This document shows, in pieces, positions 35,110 to 40,328 of a DNA stretch of 40,328 bases. The notes under the pieces are model-generated. The model was given only the letters and a program-made list of their open reading frames with translations. It ran no database searches and was not told where the DNA came from. The translations under genes were made by a program, and so were the position numbers. This stretch comes from Gemmatimonadales bacterium (lineage in GTDB: Bacteria > Gemmatimonadota > Gemmatimonadetes > Gemmatimonadales > GWC2-71-9): contig JBFGJG010000038.1 of the NCBI GenBank assembly GCA_041577295.1, positions 1 through 40,328 of the forward strand. Reading direction: 5' to 3'. How positions within the stretch are numbered: position 1 is the stretch's first letter; every line of letters begins with the position of its first letter.

Positions 35110-36428
35110 CGTCCAGGTGCGTCCGGCTAGTTCTGGCGGTGCTGGCCATGGCGTTAACGGCTAGCCCAGCAGCGGCACAGGAGCAGCCTACCGATAGCGC
35201 AAGGATCGCGGAGCTCGAGCGTCAGGTCGCCGCGATCACCGAACAGCTCGAAGAGCTCCTGCTGGGGCGTGAGGTCGTGGCGCAGGCGGACACGGCCATG
35301 TTCGGTTTGGGACCGGGCGCGTCGAAGGTCTATCGCGTCAGACAAGGCGTTTCGATAGCCGGCTACGGTGAAATGCTCTACGAGCGCTTTGCGAGCGAGC
35401 GGGAGGATGGCACACCGTCCGGGATCCGGGATCAGCTGGATTATCTTCGCGCGATTCTCTACGTCGGCTACAAGTTCAACGATCGATTCCTGTTCAACTC
35501 CGAGCTCGAGTTCGAGCACGGAAGCACCGATCAGGCGGGCTCGGTCTCGGTTGAGTTCGCGTACCTGGATTACCTCCTGTCGCCTGCGTTTGGGGTACGG
35601 GCCGGGATGCTGCTCCCACCCATGGGATTTATCAACGAGCTCCATGAGCCGGTCGTCTTTCTGGGAACGGAGCGACCGGAGACCGAGTCACGAATCATTC
35701 CCTCCACGTGGCGGGAAAACGGGATCGGGGTGTTTGGTGGGGTCGCCGGGTTGAGTTACCGCGCCTACCTCATCAACGGATTTGACGGAGTGGGAGGCGG
35801 TAGCTCCAAAGCGGGTGGGTTTAGCGCGTCGGGTTTGCGCGGCGGGCGGCAGAAGGGCTCCAAAGCCGTGGCTGAGGATTTTGCCGCGGTCGCTCGGGTG
35901 GACTACGAGGCCGTACTCGGATTGACGGTGGGAGGGTCGGCGTATGTCGGGAAGGCGGGGCAGGGCAACTCCTCCCCGTCGGCTCCCGGACAAACTATCG
36001 GAGCCCGTACCGTCATTGCAGAAGGGCACGTGCAGTTTCGGGCATATGGCTTCGATGTGCGAGGGCTCGCCGCCGTGGCAACGGTTGACGATGTCGCCGA
36101 GCTCAATGCGGCGAAAGGCCTCGCGGGATCGGGGTCGATTGGTGAGCGCCTCGTGGGGTGGTATGTCGATGCAGGCTATGACATCCTGCACGGGGTGGAT
36201 ACGTCCCACCGGCTGACCCCGTATCTCCGCTACGAACAGATCGACACCCAGGACAAAGTCCCGGCGGGCTTTACGGCCGACCCCGCCAACGATCAGGATA
36301 TCGTCACCATCGGAATTTCGTGGCGGCCGATCACCAACATCGCGGTCAAGGCAGACTATCAGATCCGACGCAACGCTGCAGACACGGCGGTCGACCAGGT
36401 GAACGTCAACATCGGATATCTCTTTTGA
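35106..36428 (+). CDS. Outer-membrane porin with N-terminal coiled coil
   Basis: Signal peptide AAA-Q, coiled coil RIAELERQVAAITEQLEEL, beta-strands, terminal GYLF; ATGA overlap with apbE. Confidence 0.8.
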   Translation: MTSRCVRLVLAVLAMALTASPAAAQEQPTDSARIAELERQVAAITEQLEELLLGREVVAQADTAMFGLGPGASKVYRVRQGVSIAGYGEMLYERFASEREDGTPSGIRDQLDYLRAILYVGYKFNDRFLFNSELEFEHGSTDQAGSVSVEFAYLDYLLSPAFGVRAGMLLPPMGFINELHEPVVFLGTERPETESRIIPSTWRENGIGVFGGVAGLSYRAYLINGFDGVGGGSSKAGGFSASGLRGGRQKGSKAVAEDFAAVARVDYEAVLGLTVGGSAYVGKAGQGNSSPSAPGQTIGARTVIAEGHVQFRAYGFDVRGLAAVATVDDVAELNAAKGLAGSGSIGERLVGWYVDAGYDILHGVDTSHRLTPYLRYEQIDTQDKVPAGFTADPANDQDIVTIGISWRPITNIAVKADYQIRRNAADTAVDQVNVNIGYLF

Positions 36429-36991
36429 GTCGCATCGGTCTCGTGCCGGCCTGGCTCGTGCTGACGGCCGCGGCCGGTGGTCTCGAGCCCGCGGGCGCCC
36501 AGTCTGTGCTCGGCAAGGACGAGGCGCTCCGGCTCGCGTTTCCCGAACCCATCGCCATCGTCTCGGCGACGGCGTACCTCACCAGAGAGCAGCTGGCGTC
36601 CGCCCGGGCGCTTGCGGGGGACGCGGCGAATCTGCGCCAGCGCGTGATCACGTATTACGTCGGGTGGTTGGCGGACCGACCTGTAGGCGTGGCCTACTTC
36701 GATGCGCACCGGGTTCGCACGCTACGGGAGGTGTTGATGATCGTGGTAAGTCCTGATGAGCGTGTCGATCGTATCGAGGTTCTGTCGTTTGCGGAACCGC
36801 CCGAGTATCGGGCGCCGGAAGGGTGGCTTGGCCAGTTCATCGGCCGGGGGCTCGAGGATGGCCTCTCGCTCAAACGTGAAGTGATTGCGATCACGGGGGC
36901 CACGTTGACGTCGCAGGCGGTCACCTCGGCGACCCGACGGGTCCTGGCGCTCCATCGCGTCATCCGACCCTTCGAGACCGGAGGCTCGTGA
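36425..36991 (+). CDS. Periplasmic FMN-binding protein (flavinylation substrate)
   Basis: TTG overlaps the porin stop (TTGA); signal peptide; FAEPPEY..WLGQF and flavinylation motif AITGATLTS. Confidence 0.85.
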   Translation: MSRIGLVPAWLVLTAAAGGLEPAGAQSVLGKDEALRLAFPEPIAIVSATAYLTREQLASARALAGDAANLRQRVITYYVGWLADRPVGVAYFDAHRVRTLREVLMIVVSPDERVDRIEVLSFAEPPEYRAPEGWLGQFIGRGLEDGLSLKREVIAITGATLTSQAVTSATRRVLALHRVIRPFETGGS

Positions 36992-36995
36992 GCCC

Positions 36996-37469
36996 ATGAA
37001 CGCGTTCGAGCGTTGGAGCGTTTGGGTGACTTCGGTTCTCACCGCCGTCACGGGCCTCGTGTATCTGTGGATGAAGTACCTCCTACCCGTCCCAGACGCG
37101 TGGTCGGTGGTCAACCATCCGCTTCAGCCCTTGGTGCTCAAAGCGCACATCATCGTCTCGCCGCTCCTGGTCTTTGCGGTCGGACTGATCTTCATGCGGC
37201 ACGTGTGGCGTCACTTCCAATCCCGTGTGAGCCTGGGGCGGCGTAGTGGGATTCTCACGGCGCTTCTGCTGGGGCCGATGGTGGTGTCCGGTTACCTCAT
37301 TCAGGTGATGACGAGTCTCGGGTGGGTGCGGGCCTTCGCGCTTGCGCACATCGCCCTGGGACTTCTGTACGTGGTGTTGTTCACCGCACACCTGCTGGTG
37401 ATCCGACGGCGGGCTCGCGAGGTGAGGACACAACAGGAGGCACGCGGCGTCGGCCTTCGCACCGCGTGA
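36996..37469 (+). CDS. Four-TM membrane protein with His residues, putative cytochrome b-like
   Basis: Four hydrophobic helices; H51, H69, H118, H132 in or at TM segments; SD GGAGG. Confidence 0.65.
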   Translation: MNAFERWSVWVTSVLTAVTGLVYLWMKYLLPVPDAWSVVNHPLQPLVLKAHIIVSPLLVFAVGLIFMRHVWRHFQSRVSLGRRSGILTALLLGPMVVSGYLIQVMTSLGWVRAFALAHIALGLLYVVLFTAHLLVIRRRAREVRTQQEARGVGLRTA

Positions 37470-37482
37470 CCGTTGGCACGAC

Positions 37483-38115
37483 CTACGGCTTGCGGTCGGC
37501 GGCGGCGCGCGCGACGACCCGTGAACGCTCCCGATCGAGCGTCCGCAACACCTGCTCCCAACGATCGCTCGAACTGCTCCCGTAGGACACGCTGAACGGC
37601 TCGCGTAGCTGAATGTCCTCCTCGTAGACGTAGATCGCGGACGCGGTCTCCCGCTGGGCCAGCTGTCGCAAGGTCCATTGTGGTGAGCGTGGCAGGATGG
37701 CGACCGGACGAAAGAACCGGTTCTGGCTGGTGATCGTGACGATCTCCGGTTCGAACCGTGCAAACTCCTGGAGTCCGAAGAACGTGACGAGGAAAACCGC
37801 GGGGCGCGCGATTCCATGGCGTCTTGCAATCTCCGACACGCTGTCGGCGACAGACACCTGTAGGCTGTGCAATGAACGATAGGTATCCGGTGCCAAGAGC
37901 CGGATCACCCATTCGTCGAGCGGCAGGATCTGTGTGGAGACGCTTCCCACCTGCAGCGTGATGGAGACGTCGTCCTGTCGCAAGGTTCCATAACCAGCCG
38001 GTGGCAGGTCCCGCGTGTCGATCGTGGGGTCGGGATCCTGGCCGGTTAGCGGGCACGCCACCACGCTCGCCCAGAGCAGCGGGAGGAGGGAGCGGGGGAA
38101 TCGTGCAAGCATCAC
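37483..38115 (-). CDS. Hypothetical exported protein
   Basis: GTGATG overlapping the engB stop; signal-peptide-like N-terminus. Confidence 0.65.
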   Translation of the reverse strand: MMLARFPRSLLPLLWASVVACPLTGQDPDPTIDTRDLPPAGYGTLRQDDVSITLQVGSVSTQILPLDEWVIRLLAPDTYRSLHSLQVSVADSVSEIARRHGIARPAVFLVTFFGLQEFARFEPEIVTITSQNRFFRPVAILPRSPQWTLRQLAQRETASAIYVYEEDIQLREPFSVSYGSSSSDRWEQVLRTLDRERSRVVARAAADRKP

Positions 38116-38693
38116 CCGCTGGTCACCAGCGCGTCGATCGATCGTTTGAGATCGGCAATTCCCAGTCGCGTCCGCGCGCTGGTCACGATGCATTGATCCT
38201 CGGGGATCCCGATGGCATGCAGAATTGCGCCGGCTTGTTCTCGGCGGCGACTCCGACCGAACTTGTCGGCCTTGGTGATGCACACGAGCACGGGATATCC
38301 GCGCGAGGCGAGTAGCTGGCCAATGGCGAGGTCGTCACGCGAAGGTTCCCGTCTCACATCCAGAAGCCATACCACCCCCTCGAGTCGCTTCCGTTCTGCA
38401 AGGTAATCGCGGACCAGCGCCAGGAGACGCTTGCGCTCCGAGAACGACGCCTTGGCATATCCGTATCCGGGTAGGTCCACGAGGTAGTAACGGTCATCGA
38501 CATTGTACACGTTGCACGTGCGTGTCTTGCCTGGCGTCTTACTCGTATGGGCCAAGGCACGACGTCCGACCACGGCGTTCACGAGTGTTGACTTGCCGAC
38601 GTTGGAGCGTCCCAGAAATGCGATTTCCGGCAATGGGGGGTGAACCGAGAAGTCGGCGGCGCCGAAGCTGCCGACGAACGTAACGGAGCTCAG
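38112..38693 (-). CDS. engB: Ribosome biogenesis GTPase EngB/YihA
   Basis: [34 protein letters not shown]; downstream of clpX; start uncertain (CTG 38693 or GTG 38756). Confidence 0.93.
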   Translation of the reverse strand: MSSVTFVGSFGAADFSVHPPLPEIAFLGRSNVGKSTLVNAVVGRRALAHTSKTPGKTRTCNVYNVDDRYYLVDLPGYGYAKASFSERKRLLALVRDYLAERKRLEGVVWLLDVRREPSRDDLAIGQLLASRGYPVLVCITKADKFGRSRRREQAGAILHAIGIPEDQCIVTSARTRLGIADLKRSIDALVTSG

Positions 38694-39940
38694 GCCTCTT
38701 TTTTCGTCCGAGCGCGCTCGGTCACGATCAGGGGGGGCCGTCCGTCGGTGATGCACTCCTTGGTCACGATCACTTCGCGGACGTCATCTCGGCTCGGGAG
38801 CTCGAACATGATGTCCGTCATCACCTGTTCCAGGATGGCGCGGAGCCCCCGTGCCCCGGTACCGTGGGCGATGGCGCGCTGTGCGACGGCCTTGAGGGCC
38901 TCGGGATCGAACGTCAGGCCGACGTCTTCCAACTCGAACAGCTTTTCGTATTGCTTGGTCAGCGCGTTCTTTGGCTCGAGGAGAATCTGCACCAGCGCGT
39001 CGCCGTCGAGCGAGTCGAGCGCCACGACCACCGGTAACCGGCCAACGAGCTCGGGGATGAGCCCGTATCGCAGGAGATCGTCCGGCTCGACGTCGTGATA
39101 GGGGTTCTTTTGAAGCTGCGCGACCTTCCCGGACTCGACGTCCTCTTTCGTGAAACCGATACGCCGCCGTCCGGTTCGGGCCTCGATGATCTTTTCCAGA
39201 CCGTCAAAGGCCCCACCGCAGACGAAGAGAATGTTCTTGGTGTCGATCTGGATGTATTCCTGCTGCGGATGCTTACGGCCGCCTTGGGGGGGCACTGACG
39301 CTACGGTTCCTTCGAGGATCTTGAGGAGCGCTTGCTGCACGCCTTCACCGGAGACATCACGCGTGATGCTGGGGTTCTCGCTCTTTCGCGCGATCTTGTC
39401 GATCTCATCGATGTAAACGATACCGTGCTCACACTCCGTGACGTTGAAGTCCCCCGCCTGGAGAAGCCGAACGAGAATGTTCTCGACATCCTCTCCGACG
39501 TAGCCAGCCTCGGTCAGCGTGGTGGCGTCGGCAATGGTGAACGGCACGTCCAGAATGCGAGCCAACGTTTGGGCGAGCAACGTCTTGCCCACACCCGTGG
39601 GACCGAGGAGCAGGATATTCGACTTCTCGAGCTCCACGTCGTTGTTGCGGAGCGCCTGAGAGTTGATGCGCTTGTAGTGTGTGTAGACCGCGACCGAGAG
39701 AACCTTCTTGGCTCGCTCCTGACCCACCACGTATTGATCGAGTACATCCTTGATTTCCGACGGGGTGGGGACTTGTGTGATCGACTCGGCGACCTCGCGC
39801 TCTTCGTCCTCGGCGAGAATCTCGTTACAGAGCGCTATGCACTCATTGCAAATGTATACAGACGGTCCAGAAATGAACTTCCGGACCGCGTCCTTTGATT
39901 TCCCGCAGAATGAGCAACGGAGGTGCTTGTCCTGAGCCAT
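38690..39940 (-). CDS. clpX: ATP-dependent Clp protease ATP-binding subunit ClpX
   Basis: CSFCG..CNEC zinc domain, [43 protein letters not shown] loop, TGARGL. Confidence 0.98.
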   Translation of the reverse strand: MAQDKHLRCSFCGKSKDAVRKFISGPSVYICNECIALCNEILAEDEEREVAESITQVPTPSEIKDVLDQYVVGQERAKKVLSVAVYTHYKRINSQALRNNDVELEKSNILLLGPTGVGKTLLAQTLARILDVPFTIADATTLTEAGYVGEDVENILVRLLQAGDFNVTECEHGIVYIDEIDKIARKSENPSITRDVSGEGVQQALLKILEGTVASVPPQGGRKHPQQEYIQIDTKNILFVCGGAFDGLEKIIEARTGRRRIGFTKEDVESGKVAQLQKNPYHDVEPDDLLRYGLIPELVGRLPVVVALDSLDGDALVQILLEPKNALTKQYEKLFELEDVGLTFDPEALKAVAQRAIAHGTGARGLRAILEQVMTDIMFELPSRDDVREVIVTKECITDGRPPLIVTERARTKKEA

Positions 39941-39988
39941 GCCTGCTACCGCCGATTTTCGCTAGTATGCTCTGGTCCGGACCCGCCG

Positions 39989-40327
39989 TCAACCTGACGC
40001 CGGGTTGTCTCCATTCAGCTCAACCCGTTGCTGAATGACCTTATCCACGATCCCGTATTCCTTTGCCTCCTCGGCGGACATGAATCGATCGCGATCGATA
40101 TCCTGCTCGATACGATCGACGGGCTGTCCGGTATGGAACGAATACAACTCGTTGAGCTTGTTACGGAGGTAGATGATCTCGCGTGCCTGGATCTCTATAT
40201 CCGCCGCGGTTCCCTGATACCCGCCTGAGGGCTGGTGCATCATGATGCGGGAGTGCGGCAGCGCGGCACGCTTTGCCGGCCGCCCCGCCGCAAGGAGGAA
40301 GGAGCCCGCGGAGGCAGCCATCCCCAT
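39989..40327 (-). CDS. clpP: Clp protease proteolytic subunit, 3' part
   Basis: [35 protein letters not shown]; truncated by the window edge. Confidence 0.96.
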   Translation of the reverse strand: MGMAASAGSFLLAAGRPAKRAALPHSRIMMHQPSGGYQGTAADIEIQAREIIYLRNKLNELYSFHTGQPVDRIEQDIDRDRFMSAEEAKEYGIVDKVIQQRVELNGDNPASG

Positions 40328-40328
40328 G

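Noticed and set aside
1..40328. CRISPR arrays, tRNA/rRNA, integrase/transposase or defence islands
   Set aside because: No regularly spaced repeats, cloverleaf motifs or mobile-element proteins seen; intergenic gaps are short and gene content is housekeeping-like

Overview
GC-rich bacterial chromosomal segment, nearly all core genes. The gene set and protein style suggest Gemmatimonadota, but this is an unverified impression. No tRNA, rRNA, CRISPR array or mobile element was seen. Left to right: partial DHH phosphoesterase and Mrp/ApbC; a minus-strand SigW-like ECF sigma operon (sigma, anti-sigma-like, bactofilin-repeat membrane protein, secreted protein); futalosine-type menaquinone genes (menG, UbiD, UbiA, ubiX) plus a metallophosphoesterase; a coupled minus-strand operon (M48 protease, purD, mutM, Ddl-like ATP-grasp ligase, four-zinc-ribbon metallopeptidase, UvrC-N/Cho-like nuclease, Ca/Na antiporter); metB; glmM-glmS; dtd-maf; an FHA-GAF adenylate cyclase; trpE; a lipoprotein and a divergent outer-membrane protein; a PilB/GspE ATPase fused to a receiver domain; a hybrid histidine kinase coupled to an acyltransferase; an ApbE-porin-FMN-binding-His-rich membrane protein operon behind a Fur-like box; engB, clpX and partial clpP. 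Most notable: (1) two exact SigW-type promoters (TGAAAC-N16-CGTA) that outline a local ECF regulon, one overlapping the sigma gene's own stop codon; (2) an ATP-grasp ligase/zinc-ribbon metallopeptidase pair; (3) a probably iron-regulated flavinylation/electron-transfer operon; (4) a PilB-REC fusion with an apparent non-canonical start and a structured leader.
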